A stretch of DNA of 64,000 nucleotides from an uncultured Gammaproteobacteria bacterium (GCA_964427735.1 CAYRUS010000001.1:537373-601372), one strand, 5' to 3'. Positions 29,045 through 39,141 are shown, numbered from the stretch's first letter. The notes: a model not told the origin generated them from the letters alone. Program-made: numbers and translations.

Positions 29045-32041
29045 TTATGGTATTGAAATTCCACAATTTCTAACACACTCTCTTGGTACCGTTACTGGTA
29101 CAAATGGTTGAACCATCTGTACTGGCGGGGGCCAAACTGTAGCTGGACCTCCGTTGTTATGGTCACCTAGTGCTCTAAATTCATAGTGATCATGTATATA
29201 GGTTGCTGTACCTGTATGACCCATTATACCTAAAATTGTACCTCTTGGTACAAAATCTCCCTGTTTTAGAGCAATCGAAAATGAACTAAAATGAACATGC
29301 CAGGTCATATAATCTGATCCACCACATTTTCCTGCAGTGCTAACATACAATCCCCCCCAGTTATCTACTGCTTGGTTTAATACAGTTCCATTATGAGTAG
29401 CGATTATATACGCATTATCTTGAGTTTCAGTAGTAAAAGGATCCCAGTGTACATCAATAGCTTCTCTTCTTTCGTGAGAGATAGTCCCTTCAGGACCTTG
29501 ATTAACAATATATTTTTGTCCTTCATTAGCAAGTACAGGCCATCCTACAGGGCAATCCGACGGAGGTTCTCCAATAATAATAGAAGCATATGATATTGCT
29601 TCTTCACCTTTAACTTCTTCTGTATCTGCAATTACACTAAAATTATCAGTCACAACAGAGTCTTCAAAGTTGTTATCAAAATTCACAGAATAAGAAAAAG
29701 AAAATGATTCACCATGGGTAAGAGTAGATGGTGGTTCTGGAATAGTAGGACTTGGTATTGGAGCTTTTAGTGGATCTTGTGTTATTACATATTCATTACC
29801 AAATTGAATATTCGTTAAACTACCTCTTTTGGCTGTAACTGTAATATTGTATGTGACCTCTATAGGTAGGTCACTGTTTTGTGCAATATTTATACTAGCT
29901 ACTTTTTCAATACCAATATATAAAGATTCTTTTACTATGCCGCTTGACGAACCCGCGTAAGTTAGATTTCTAGGAGAAGGGGGAATAACATAGGCTCCTG
30001 TGGTGATGATGTAGATGATAAAAGATACAACCAGTGTAAGTACGGTCAAGGCAATAAATGCTTGAATTAAAGCTTGAGCAATTTCTTTTCCAATTGCAGC
30101 TAAGCCTATAAAGAAAACCCCTGTAGCAGAGGCAATACTACCTGCTACAAAACCTCCATAAACAGCCAGTTGTCCAAAAGTATAAATAACAGCAATAGGG
30201 AGAAAAACTGTTGGTAGTAATACTACACCTGCTAGTAAACCGGCAGCTGTAGCAGCTTTATTTTTCCTCATCCATTGCAGAATTGAGCTTACTATTGGTA
30301 CTTTCTTTAAAAACTTATTTATTAATTTCACACCTTCATAGACAAGTGCGGCTGCCCAACCTATTCCGCCTGTCAATGCCCCTCCAGCAGCCTCTATTCC
30401 TAATCTTGTTGCTATGCCAGCTGCTGCTTTTTTGAATGCTGGTCCAACAATAGACGTAATCTTGCCTTTTAGAGGATTCAAATATCTGGCGATAAATCTG
30501 CTCGATACTTCACCGAATAATTGCCTTCCTAATCCTGTAAAAAAGTTTCCTCTAAATAAATCAGGATGTAAGGTTGCAGCATCGTTATTTGTTACAAATG
30601 ACCCCTCTGCTTGTGTAATTTTTTGCTCATGGACAAACCTTAAATATCTGCCTCTATATGCTGACTTAAAAATTCTGCTTAGTGCTGAATGTCTTTGCTC
30701 AATCAAACTCAAAATACTTCCGTAAGGAGCTATACTTTTAAGGTACTTATCATCTACTCCGTTTTTTCTTGCTTCAGCAATAAAAGCTGCAAGATTTTGA
30801 GGAGTAACACCTCTGGTCCATAAATGAAACGCAGATGTTTCGACAGGATTTTGTTTTGAGAATGCTAATGAACCGGCGTCAGCCAAAAATTGAAAACCTT
30901 TGGTAAAGGCAAGAGGAGCGGTTTTTCCCAGATTAAACCTAGCTGAATCTATAAATTCAAAACCTATTTGTTTTATAGCTTCCTCTTGTTCTTTTTTTAT
31001 TTTTTCTTCATCATTTTCATCTGGTACAACTTCACCAAGTAATTTACTTGCTGCTTCTTCAGCTGTATGTATTTCCTTTGCTATATTGGTATCTAATAAA
31101 GAAATACTGTCTTTGGTAAAAGTTGACGAAACGTTGAACTTAATATTAGGATCTCCTGCAATAGCTCTTGCTATGCTTGATCCGTCTCTTCCTCCTTTGA
31201 CTGTAATCCAAAATGTTCTTAATATTTTTTCTGCCAAAGTGGCAGAAGTAACTCCTCCAGAAAAAGCGATAGTATTATTTAGGTTTACACTAGCTTGTGA
31301 TAAATAACTTTGCACAAAATCGTCTTGAGAAAGGTTTGATGCATCAGAAATTAACTTGTTAATAACTGGTTCATAATCAGATCTTGGAGGAGGGAAGGGT
31401 ACTGCCATAGCAGGAACAAGATAGATTGGTGCTTCTTGAGGTTTAATTGCAGATTGTCTGCCTTCTGTTTTTTCAATAGATTCTATTAATTTTTCAGCTT
31501 CCTTTACTTGTTCACGAATTTCTTCAACTGGAATTGGTGGTTCTGCAGTAAATACAGGTTCTTTTATTTCATGACTTCTTTGCTCAGAGAGAGTTGCGAT
31601 CAATTTTGAGTTTTCTTTTAATTGGAATCTCCAATGCATAATATCGTCTGCAGAAGATCGTGTATCTTCAATTTTTCTCAGTAGCTCTATTCTTTCTTCT
31701 TCAAGTTTCAAAAGATCAGGAGGAATAGTCATTGCAGGATATTCGTCTGGTGTTTCTCCATTTATTAATTTTTCTAAATTCTCATAATATCTAAGAATTG
31801 TTTCAATCCAGACTTTTGGATCTGTATTTTTTGGAGTTTGTGTTAATACTGTTATTTCTGAAAGAAAATTAGCATAAGTAATTTGTTGCGTTTTTTCCCA
31901 GAGTTCTCTATTTTTAGGATCTTCATAAGACTCAGGTACATCTGTATAAACCCTGGTCACATCCGGGTAATAGTACTTTAGACCTTCTAAGAGTTTAAAT
32001 ATTTTGAAATATAAATTTTTGTAGTTGTTACTGGTTGCCAT
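29045..32041 (-). CDS. giant polytopic protein with an N-terminal coiled-coil region, central multi-TM region and a C-terminal M23 (LytM-type) peptidase domain
   Basis: 998 aa. TM helices lie around residues ~560-690. The C-terminus LGIMGHTGTATYIHDHYEF is the M23 G.TG.STG.HLHFE motif. It overlaps virB4 by 14 nt. Confidence 0.7.
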   Translation of the reverse strand: MATSNNYKNLYFKIFKLLEGLKYYYPDVTRVYTDVPESYEDPKNRELWEKTQQITYANFLSEITVLTQTPKNTDPKVWIETILRYYENLEKLINGETPDEYPAMTIPPDLLKLEEERIELLRKIEDTRSSADDIMHWRFQLKENSKLIATLSEQRSHEIKEPVFTAEPPIPVEEIREQVKEAEKLIESIEKTEGRQSAIKPQEAPIYLVPAMAVPFPPPRSDYEPVINKLISDASNLSQDDFVQSYLSQASVNLNNTIAFSGGVTSATLAEKILRTFWITVKGGRDGSSIARAIAGDPNIKFNVSSTFTKDSISLLDTNIAKEIHTAEEAASKLLGEVVPDENDEEKIKKEQEEAIKQIGFEFIDSARFNLGKTAPLAFTKGFQFLADAGSLAFSKQNPVETSAFHLWTRGVTPQNLAAFIAEARKNGVDDKYLKSIAPYGSILSLIEQRHSALSRIFKSAYRGRYLRFVHEQKITQAEGSFVTNNDAATLHPDLFRGNFFTGLGRQLFGEVSSRFIARYLNPLKGKITSIVGPAFKKAAAGIATRLGIEAAGGALTGGIGWAAALVYEGVKLINKFLKKVPIVSSILQWMRKNKAATAAGLLAGVVLLPTVFLPIAVIYTFGQLAVYGGFVAGSIASATGVFFIGLAAIGKEIAQALIQAFIALTVLTLVVSFIIYIITTGAYVIPPSPRNLTYAGSSSGIVKESLYIGIEKVASINIAQNSDLPIEVTYNITVTAKRGSLTNIQFGNEYVITQDPLKAPIPSPTIPEPPSTLTHGESFSFSYSVNFDNNFEDSVVTDNFSVIADTEEVKGEEAISYASIIIGEPPSDCPVGWPVLANEGQKYIVNQGPEGTISHERREAIDVHWDPFTTETQDNAYIIATHNGTVLNQAVDNWGGLYVSTAGKCGGSDYMTWHVHFSSFSIALKQGDFVPRGTILGIMGHTGTATYIHDHYEFRALGDHNNGGPATVWPPPVQMVQPFVPVTVPRECVRNCGISIP

Positions 32042-34457
32042 TTTGGTCGGTATTTAATAAAGCATTAATTTGATTTTGTAAGTCAGTTTCTTTTTGTTCT
32101 GGTGTTTTGTTTGGATTATTAGCTTGTCCAGGCAGAATCACCTCGTTTGTGCCTTGTTTTGGAGGCTGATTAAAAGCAGTTGCCTGCACAATACTCTCTT
32201 TGTTTATTGTATCTTGTATTGGGCTTTCTTTACCTTGATGTTTTTCCGGAGGTTCATTAGTGTTTGTTTGACTAACTGCAACAGTCTCTTGACCTCTGAC
32301 TCCTGTTTCCTCACCGTTGTCATTTGATTGGGTAGTTTGGCTATTTGGGGTTGGCGATTGATCGCTTTCTATTTCCATAAAAGCAGGTTTGATAAGTTCT
32401 TCGTTTTGTTGAGGTTGGTTTGTTTTATTATTGTCACCTATGTAACTAGGTTTTTCATTTCTTTTAGACATTTCACTCGGATTAGTTGTAATAAGTTCGT
32501 GCTCTACATCGCTTGCTACAATCCTAATAGGAGCATGGTGTGGACCTGCGAAAAATATTCCCTCTCCAACGTTTGCTGCAAGAAGCAATTGCTTTTCTCC
32601 TTGTGACAGATAAAAGATTTCGGCAATCCGATCAATTGCAGCAGGAGACTGCTTGAGCAAGAGTTTAAGAGAGGAATTAGTAACAATGGCTTTACCTATG
32701 TCCTGAGACAGAAAATCCTCCACATCCTGTGTAATAGTGGTCAATCCCAGCCAATACTTTCTAGCTCTTTTGACAACAGACCACAGAAATTGAGCAGAAT
32801 CTTCATATCGCATCATATGCCAAGCTTCATCAACAATTAACATTCGTTTTTTAAGGTCCCTTTGGACTCTTGTCCAGATAAAGTCAAGAATAACAAACAT
32901 GGCGATAGGTCTTAGTGCTTCTTGCATATCTTTTACACTAAAAACTGTAAACGGGTTAGAAAGGTCTATATTTGTATGTTTGTCAAATATTCCTACAAAA
33001 GATCCTTTGACAAACTTTTCAATTCTGGCTGCTAAATCTTGTGCTTCAGCAGTTTCCATACCAATCAAGGTTTTGTATAAATCTTCCATCAAAGGTGGTT
33101 CCTTTTTTTGAGTTTCAGGGTCTTGAGTAATTCCTTTTGACTTGTATGTAGCGATTAGCGCTCTATCGAGTAAAGCTTCTTGGGTTGGTGATAGTTGTCC
33201 CATGATAACTTTAAATAATGAGTGGAGAGATAAAATCTTTAAACCTAATTGATTTTCTCCTTCAACATAAACTTGAGATAAATCAAAAGGATTAATTTTT
33301 GATTCAGATGAAAATGAGAAAGAAATATATTCTCCACCTACTGAGTCTGAAAGGTCTTTATACTCAGCTTCGGGGTCAATAATTATAACTTCAGTTCCAA
33401 GCATCAGAGATCTTACTGATTCTAGTTTTACAAAATAGCTTTTACCTCCTCCGGATGTACCAAACACACTCATGTTCGAGTTTTCCATGCTATATCTGTC
33501 AAAAATTATAAAAGAGTCGTTTTGTGGATTTATTCCATAAAGTACACCTTTGTCATTTGACAATTCTGCTGTTGTAAATGGGAAAGTTGTAGCAAGTGAT
33601 GTTGTGTCCATATTTCTATTAACATAGAGTTTGTCTTGCCCCCAAGGGACTGTTGTAATAAATCCTCTTTCCTGATCAAGGGTTATGCTTTCTGCATCAA
33701 CAAGCAAGGATTGCAAAGTCGATTGCACTTGTTTTGTAATATGATTTAGCTCTTCGGGAGAATGGGCAGGAATAGTTATGTAAAGACCCATTTCAAAAAA
33801 ACCCTCTATTCCTTTTACAAGTTGCTCTTGAAGAGCTAATGCGTCTTCTAATTTTGCTTTGGTGGTTGGATTAACTATTTTACCTCTATCAATATCTGTT
33901 GATAATTCGGCTTCCATTTCTGTTATTTTTCTTCTCAAATCATCCAAAACTGTTTTGCCTTCAACAGGATAAATATAAAAAGATGTATTTAAAGAATGGT
34001 TAAAATTTATTAATGGCTCTAACCAGCCTGGATTAACAAAGCGTCTTCGAATATTTGTATAGAGTGTTCGATAGTATTTTTCATTTAATTTTACGTGATC
34101 AAAATCAGTCTCAAATTTTTGAGGAGCAATTACATCCAGAAGATGCATACCTTCTTTAATAGAAAGGATTGGTTTTATTACTTTAGGCTTTTCGTATTCT
34201 TTTATAGTTACTTTTTCCTCACTGTCTTGGGTAAATGCGTGCCTTACAGGTTCTGGAATTATTTTAGATAGAAGTCCTTTTTTTTCTAATTCCAAGTTTT
34301 GGGTGTTTTGTGTTGGTTGAAATTGACCCACCGGTTTGTTTACAGTTTGTCCTTGAAGTTGCGGTATATTTTCTGTTGTCTGTGGAATATTTGGCAGTAT
34401 AACTCCTTGGTTTGAACTCTGAATATTTTTATTTTTTTTGAATAGTGGTAAATCCAT
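32028..34457 (-). CDS. virB4: VirB4/TraE/PrgJ-family type IV secretion ATPase (central + ATPase domains) with an N-terminal Q/N/P-rich linker and a ~150-aa disordered Q/N-rich C-terminal extension
   Basis: Walker A VFGTSGGGKSYF and Walker B MLIVDEAWHMM. The central-domain pattern KYYRTLYT..PGWLEPLINF.. is VirB4-like. Confidence 0.85.
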   Translation of the reverse strand: MDLPLFKKNKNIQSSNQGVILPNIPQTTENIPQLQGQTVNKPVGQFQPTQNTQNLELEKKGLLSKIIPEPVRHAFTQDSEEKVTIKEYEKPKVIKPILSIKEGMHLLDVIAPQKFETDFDHVKLNEKYYRTLYTNIRRRFVNPGWLEPLINFNHSLNTSFYIYPVEGKTVLDDLRRKITEMEAELSTDIDRGKIVNPTTKAKLEDALALQEQLVKGIEGFFEMGLYITIPAHSPEELNHITKQVQSTLQSLLVDAESITLDQERGFITTVPWGQDKLYVNRNMDTTSLATTFPFTTAELSNDKGVLYGINPQNDSFIIFDRYSMENSNMSVFGTSGGGKSYFVKLESVRSLMLGTEVIIIDPEAEYKDLSDSVGGEYISFSFSSESKINPFDLSQVYVEGENQLGLKILSLHSLFKVIMGQLSPTQEALLDRALIATYKSKGITQDPETQKKEPPLMEDLYKTLIGMETAEAQDLAARIEKFVKGSFVGIFDKHTNIDLSNPFTVFSVKDMQEALRPIAMFVILDFIWTRVQRDLKKRMLIVDEAWHMMRYEDSAQFLWSVVKRARKYWLGLTTITQDVEDFLSQDIGKAIVTNSSLKLLLKQSPAAIDRIAEIFYLSQGEKQLLLAANVGEGIFFAGPHHAPIRIVASDVEHELITTNPSEMSKRNEKPSYIGDNNKTNQPQQNEELIKPAFMEIESDQSPTPNSQTTQSNDNGEETGVRGQETVAVSQTNTNEPPEKHQGKESPIQDTINKESIVQATAFNQPPKQGTNEVILPGQANNPNKTPEQKETDLQNQINALLNTDQNGNQ

Positions 34458-34458
34458 G

Positions 34459-35127
34459 TTAGTTTTCTATTTCTAAATCTGGTTCAGGGTCTTTTAAATC
34501 TTTTTGATTGTAAATTGTATGATATATTTCAATAAGCTCGTTGGTAGTAAGTTGTCTTAACTTAATACCTAATCTTCCGACTTGTCTTGACAAGTGATCT
34601 CTCCTAGGGTAGAGAACAAGCTCTGCTTTTTTAAGAATATATGATTTGCTAAACGGTAATGGTCCTTTTTTAGTTTTAAAGGTTACGAGAGATTTAGAAA
34701 TACCAAGTTCAAGAGGTGAAAAAGGAATTACAATATAAAAGCGCTTTTCAAGGACATTCTTTTTCTTTATTGTTTCTGAAATAAATTTTTTGTATCCCTC
34801 CATCATTTTGGATAGTTTTGGATTTTCTATTTTTTGATGAGCTTCATCCAGAAATTGCATGTAGTTTGCAATATTTTTTTGTTTTGATCTAACTGTAATT
34901 TGAATTGAGAAAGATAAAGAATTCAAAAGAGCAGAGTAGGCAGCAATCACTGCTTCTTGTTCTTTTTCGCTCAAAAGACCAAAGTTTAAAGCAGTTGATT
35001 CTAGCACAATTGCGGCTCCACCATTTTTAAACAAAACTATGTCTTTAGTAATATCTGCTATGGGCAAGTGATCTTGTGTACTTGCCATCAGTGGTTTATC
35101 TGGGAGGGTTATAAATGGTATTTTCAT
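34459..35127 (-). CDS. VirB4 N-terminal domain-like protein (separate ORF immediately upstream of virB4)
   Basis: 222 aa. DITKDIVLFKNGGAAIVLESTALNFGLLSEKEQEAVIAAYSALLNSLSFSIQITVRSK...KRFYIVIPFSP follows the N-terminal pattern of Gram-positive VirB4 homologues (..ILEV.PINF.L.S..EQ......F...L......IQ......). Its stop is 1 nt before the virB4 ATG in a different frame. Confidence 0.5.
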   Translation of the reverse strand: MKIPFITLPDKPLMASTQDHLPIADITKDIVLFKNGGAAIVLESTALNFGLLSEKEQEAVIAAYSALLNSLSFSIQITVRSKQKNIANYMQFLDEAHQKIENPKLSKMMEGYKKFISETIKKKNVLEKRFYIVIPFSPLELGISKSLVTFKTKKGPLPFSKSYILKKAELVLYPRRDHLSRQVGRLGIKLRQLTTNELIEIYHTIYNQKDLKDPEPDLEIEN

Positions 35128-35131
35128 AATA

Positions 35132-36109
35132 TTAATTTTTAGCTACCTCTTTTGCTCTTATTGCTATTGGTTGAATAATTGACCCGTCTGCTTCAAAGTT
35201 AATGTCATCAAAAACAAATCCAATCTTTTCTGTTGAAATTGTGTACTTGCCGTTATTAAGTGAAGTTACAATTATAAAATGACCAAGTTGATTGCTTTTA
35301 AGTGCTCTAACTGGTCTTCCTTGTTCATCTTTGATTTCTAGAATTGCTCCTTCAATAATCCCACCGTCTGGCTTCATTACTTGCCCAACAATAGTATTCG
35401 GTCTTTCAGGGGGAACAGGAGGTGCAGCCTCTGGTGAAAATTCAGCTTTTTGAACATCCTTCTTTCCCTCACTTTTGATTGTAGGTTCTATAGGGACGCT
35501 AGGAATTTCTGTTTTAACAGTCTTTTCGATAACAATTGGTGGTGTTTGATTTAATATTCTTGGTTTAATCTCTTGTGGCGTTTTAAGAACTGGTTCATTT
35601 TCAGGAATATTAATTATTTTATTTTTTTCTGCTTCAGGTTGAGTTGCTGAAATTGGTTGAGTGCCGTGCAAAAGCTGTGATATTTGTGATAAAAATGCTT
35701 GTTCGCCTGATTCCAAATTTGAGAGAAAAGAAGGACTGTGAGGTTTTGCAGGTTGAGAATCTTGTTTTTGTTCTTTTTGGGCTGTGGTTACATCATCCTG
35801 TACAAAAAAGACAGGGGCTTTTTCGTATTTTGTCCAGACAAATTCAGTGGGAGAATAAATAGTTCTAAAAAAAGCTACTATCCACGCAGAAAGAGGTCTT
35901 TCTTTAAACGGTAAAAACGCCAGAGCTATGCCAAGGAGGGCAAAAAAGATAATAAATGGCCATTTAATAAAAGCAGGTAAACCGCTTGCATAAAAAAGCA
36001 AAGCAACGAGAAATCCTCCGGCCAGCTGGAAAAACTGCTTTAAGGTCATGTCTCCTACAAGCCTGAACTGGTAAGAGCTTATTTGTTGTGGTACTGGATG
36101 TTGATTCAT
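35132..36109 (-). CDS. VirB3/PrgI-like two-TM membrane protein fused to a Pro-rich linker and a C-terminal carboxypeptidase-regulatory-like beta-sandwich domain
   Basis: 325 aa. The N-terminal TM hairpin (LAGGFLVALLFYASGLPAFIKWPFIIFFALLGIALAFLPF) sits directly upstream of virB4, as PrgI/VirB3 genes do. The C-terminus GQVMKPDGGIIEGAILEIKDEQGRPVRALKSNQLGHFII..NGKYTI fits a prealbumin-like fold. Confidence 0.45.
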   Translation of the reverse strand: MNQHPVPQQISSYQFRLVGDMTLKQFFQLAGGFLVALLFYASGLPAFIKWPFIIFFALLGIALAFLPFKERPLSAWIVAFFRTIYSPTEFVWTKYEKAPVFFVQDDVTTAQKEQKQDSQPAKPHSPSFLSNLESGEQAFLSQISQLLHGTQPISATQPEAEKNKIINIPENEPVLKTPQEIKPRILNQTPPIVIEKTVKTEIPSVPIEPTIKSEGKKDVQKAEFSPEAAPPVPPERPNTIVGQVMKPDGGIIEGAILEIKDEQGRPVRALKSNQLGHFIIVTSLNNGKYTISTEKIGFVFDDINFEADGSIIQPIAIRAKEVAKN

Positions 36110-36169
36110 AAATTTAATTCATAAGGCACAATGCACAATACATATTGATACAGTTTATAATGCATACAT

Positions 36170-36544
36170 CTACTTTTCTTCTAAACTTTTTACCATTGTT
36201 GTTAAGAGTTTTTTGCACTCATTATTTCTTTGGACAAAATCGTTTAGTATATCATCTTTTGTTAGTTCAAGCATAATTTCTAGCCAATATTCAACTTCGA
36301 AACTTGAACCTCTCGATATACTCAAAAACTGACGATAACTCTTGGAATAATACCTGCCGTAACCTTCTACTATGTTTGCTCCAACGGAACAACTGGATCT
36401 TATTAGCTGATCGACTATAAAATTGTATGTATAGGGATACTTTTTTTCTGAGAAGTATTTTATAAGATCAATAGACAGGCTATTTGCCTTTTTATATACA
36501 GTTATATTTTTATAACTTGAATGACTTTTTTGGACAGGATTCAT
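36170..36544 (-). CDS. four-helix-bundle protein (23S rRNA intervening-sequence protein family)
   Basis: 124 aa. SVGANIVEGYGRYYSKSYRQFLSISRGSSFEVEYWLEI matches the family signature (aNIaEG.gR.s...f..fl.ia.GS..E). Confidence 0.7.
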   Translation of the reverse strand: MNPVQKSHSSYKNITVYKKANSLSIDLIKYFSEKKYPYTYNFIVDQLIRSSCSVGANIVEGYGRYYSKSYRQFLSISRGSSFEVEYWLEIMLELTKDDILNDFVQRNNECKKLLTTMVKSLEEK

Positions 36545-36809
36545 CTTTATATGTTTTATGCGATATGCATTATGGCATAGTCTATCTTTAGGCTACAGCG
36601 TGAAGCCGTTTTTTCAAGTTTTATCTTTTTCACAAATTAATAAATGATGCTTGTTTCTTAGATTCTTAATAATTTAAACTAGGATAGTATGGTTAGCTCA
36701 AAAAAACACCCCATAGCTGATAAGTTTTGCTTAATTTGATATAATACAACCAATGCCCGACGAAGCTAGAGAAATTTCAAGTCAATCCTTACGTGGCGGA
36801 GGAAGCAAT

Positions 36810-39134
36810 ATGAGAAAAGAAGTTACAAACAAAATTTTCATTAGTAACAGACGAAGAACAAAGGAACATGTAGTTACACCTCTTGATTCTACAATTCCTA
36901 AATTTAAAGATTTGAGAATAGAAGCGGAGAGACTTGCTGCTGATCCTGATCTGGATGCCGGTAAAGAATTCGAATTCAAAACAAGAAAAGCAAGGCTTAT
37001 GAGAGAGGTAAACGATGCAGGTTTTCTTAGACCGTTCCAAGAAACCATTCGAATGAAAATAAGTAACTCGACTACATATAGGGAAGCTCAGGAAACAATT
37101 AGAAAACTTAACACACAAGAGATTGAAAAGAGTATTGCTGGTGATCCAAATTCTCACTGGAAAGCAAACTTTGAAGGAATCTTTGCTGCATACAAAGAAC
37201 ATGTACTTGAAAGAATGGAAACTGAGTATCAAAAAGCAAATGGAACAGTTAATGAAGATATAGCTGAAAAAGTTGAAAAGGAAGGTGATTTAATGGGCTG
37301 GAGTGTTCCTCTTCTAGAAATCAAAGACATAATAGAAAAAGAGAAACTTAGTAACACAAGAAGTTTTAATGATGTTCAAAAAGAACTCCGTACATTAGCA
37401 CAAAACCCAGACAGACAAAAAGAGAGAGACCTAAGGGCAGAAAGAGATACACTAATCGCATGGGCAAAAAAAGTCGGATTATTTGACCAACTTAAAGACG
37501 TGATGTATAGGACTCAACTAGAAAACCAAGACTATAACCAGGCTTATAAAGAAATTGCAAAAATAGATATAGACAGATTAGAAAATAGTCTATTTAATAC
37601 ACTTGATGGTTTAGATGAAAAAGTGCCGGATGAACATCCTTTAAGAGGCATATTAGATGAATATAGGGACGTTGCCCTTTTAAACATGAAGGCTGCTTGG
37701 CTTGAAGGATTGATTACAGAAAACGTTGGAGATATTGCAGATCACAGGCGTAGGTTAATAAATCTTAGAAGACAGATAGATTTACGTGGCTGGGGAATTC
37801 CACCTACAAATCTCGAAGGTAAAGCTATTGGAACTATAAGGGATAAAATAGAGAAAAGAAGACAACAAAGACAACATCAGTCACGACCAAACCAGCCACA
37901 GGCAAATCTTCCAAGGCCTGAAGACTATGGTAAAGCGGTCGCTGATGCATTGGGAGCACCTACACCTGAGAAACAAAGAAGAAACTTTTTAGAGATAGAA
38001 AGAAACGGACGTGGAGAAGTTCAAATTCCTTCTCTGGATCACAATACATGGGAAGGATTGAGTAGGCAAGAACGAGACTTTTGGTTGGAACGTTTGAGAT
38101 TATCTAATGCTAGAGCTAAGAAACAAAATACTTATAAAGCTGTAGAATTTTTCCCAAATCCTTATATGCAGGAATTTACCAAAGAAGGTCTCAACACTGT
38201 AACTAATCATAAAGGAGTACCGGAAGCAACAGCGTCTTACCTAGCACTTTTTACTGATAAAAATTTTTACAATAGGTATAAAGAAAGAATGGGAATGACC
38301 GCTATGCACCCATCGGAAGAAGGTGCTGACCAGAGGTCATTGGAGTTATTTCGAAGACAATTTGAAGTATATTTAAGAACAAGGTTAGGTTTAAACCAAA
38401 AAGAAGCCTTAGATGCCGAACAAGTAGCTTACAACTTCGTATATATGACAAACGAACTAGAAGCTAAAAAAGTAAAAAGTGGTCTTAAGAATTTTGTTGA
38501 TTTTAAAACATCAGAGCTAATGCACATGAAGGCTAAAGTAATCGAAAGTGTTGTAAAGTCAGATGACAAAAAGGCTAAGGCATGGCCTTCGGGAACACTT
38601 TTTGGAGAATGGGCATACAGACGCAGAAAGGATATAAAAAGAAATCCAGATATTGTTCCATTGCCTGATCAGTTATTTCCTAGTCTTTTACAAGAAGGAG
38701 TTTTAGAAAACAATCCACTTGTAGGTTTAGATCAAAAAGGAAGAGATTTTATTAGTGGAAAAATTAATAGAGTACCTAGATTAGACTGGAATAGAGTTGA
38801 GGAGTATCCGTTTAATGGACCATATTATCTAAACAGGATCAATCAAGCCCAAATTGTTTATGCTGTTTTCTCATTTGGTCAATTACCAGATAATGTTACT
38901 CCATCAAATTTTGCCGATGTTTATTCTAGTTTAATAAGTACTGGTGCTAGTAAAAAGATAGCAAAGGAAACGATAGAGTCAATGATCGGCTTAATTCACA
39001 ACAAGGAACAAAATTGGATACACGCAAACAATTATAGATTTAAACCGTTATTAGATCCGTTTTCTAAAATTGGTTATATAAACTGGATGAGGAAAAACTA
39101 TCCTTCTATTTATTCAATAATCTTCTATAACTAA
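36810..39134 (+). CDS. large soluble hypothetical protein (no TM, no signal peptide) inside the T4SS-like locus
   Basis: The track ORF starts at 36753. The ATG at 36810 is preferred because GGAGGA lies 7 nt upstream. The product is ~774 aa, charged/helical, with no catalytic motif recognised. Confidence 0.5.
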   Translation: MRKEVTNKIFISNRRRTKEHVVTPLDSTIPKFKDLRIEAERLAADPDLDAGKEFEFKTRKARLMREVNDAGFLRPFQETIRMKISNSTTYREAQETIRKLNTQEIEKSIAGDPNSHWKANFEGIFAAYKEHVLERMETEYQKANGTVNEDIAEKVEKEGDLMGWSVPLLEIKDIIEKEKLSNTRSFNDVQKELRTLAQNPDRQKERDLRAERDTLIAWAKKVGLFDQLKDVMYRTQLENQDYNQAYKEIAKIDIDRLENSLFNTLDGLDEKVPDEHPLRGILDEYRDVALLNMKAAWLEGLITENVGDIADHRRRLINLRRQIDLRGWGIPPTNLEGKAIGTIRDKIEKRRQQRQHQSRPNQPQANLPRPEDYGKAVADALGAPTPEKQRRNFLEIERNGRGEVQIPSLDHNTWEGLSRQERDFWLERLRLSNARAKKQNTYKAVEFFPNPYMQEFTKEGLNTVTNHKGVPEATASYLALFTDKNFYNRYKERMGMTAMHPSEEGADQRSLELFRRQFEVYLRTRLGLNQKEALDAEQVAYNFVYMTNELEAKKVKSGLKNFVDFKTSELMHMKAKVIESVVKSDDKKAKAWPSGTLFGEWAYRRRKDIKRNPDIVPLPDQLFPSLLQEGVLENNPLVGLDQKGRDFISGKINRVPRLDWNRVEEYPFNGPYYLNRINQAQIVYAVFSFGQLPDNVTPSNFADVYSSLISTGASKKIAKETIESMIGLIHNKEQNWIHANNYRFKPLLDPFSKIGYINWMRKNYPSIYSIIFYN

Positions 39135-39141
39135 GAGTAAA

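Noticed and set aside
34380-34462. Apparent 1-nt discrepancy between my manual codon mapping of the virB4 5' end / upstream ORF stop and the ORF-track coordinates
   Set aside because: I cannot exclude a counting error on my side. ORF-track coordinates were used, and no biological claim is based on this discrepancy.
36737-36755. TATAAT box 8 nt upstream of the track's start (36753) of the 793-aa ORF, suggesting a leaderless mRNA
   Set aside because: A strong GGAGGA Shine-Dalgarno sits 7 nt upstream of the in-frame ATG at 36810. The downstream start with a normal leader is the simpler explanation.
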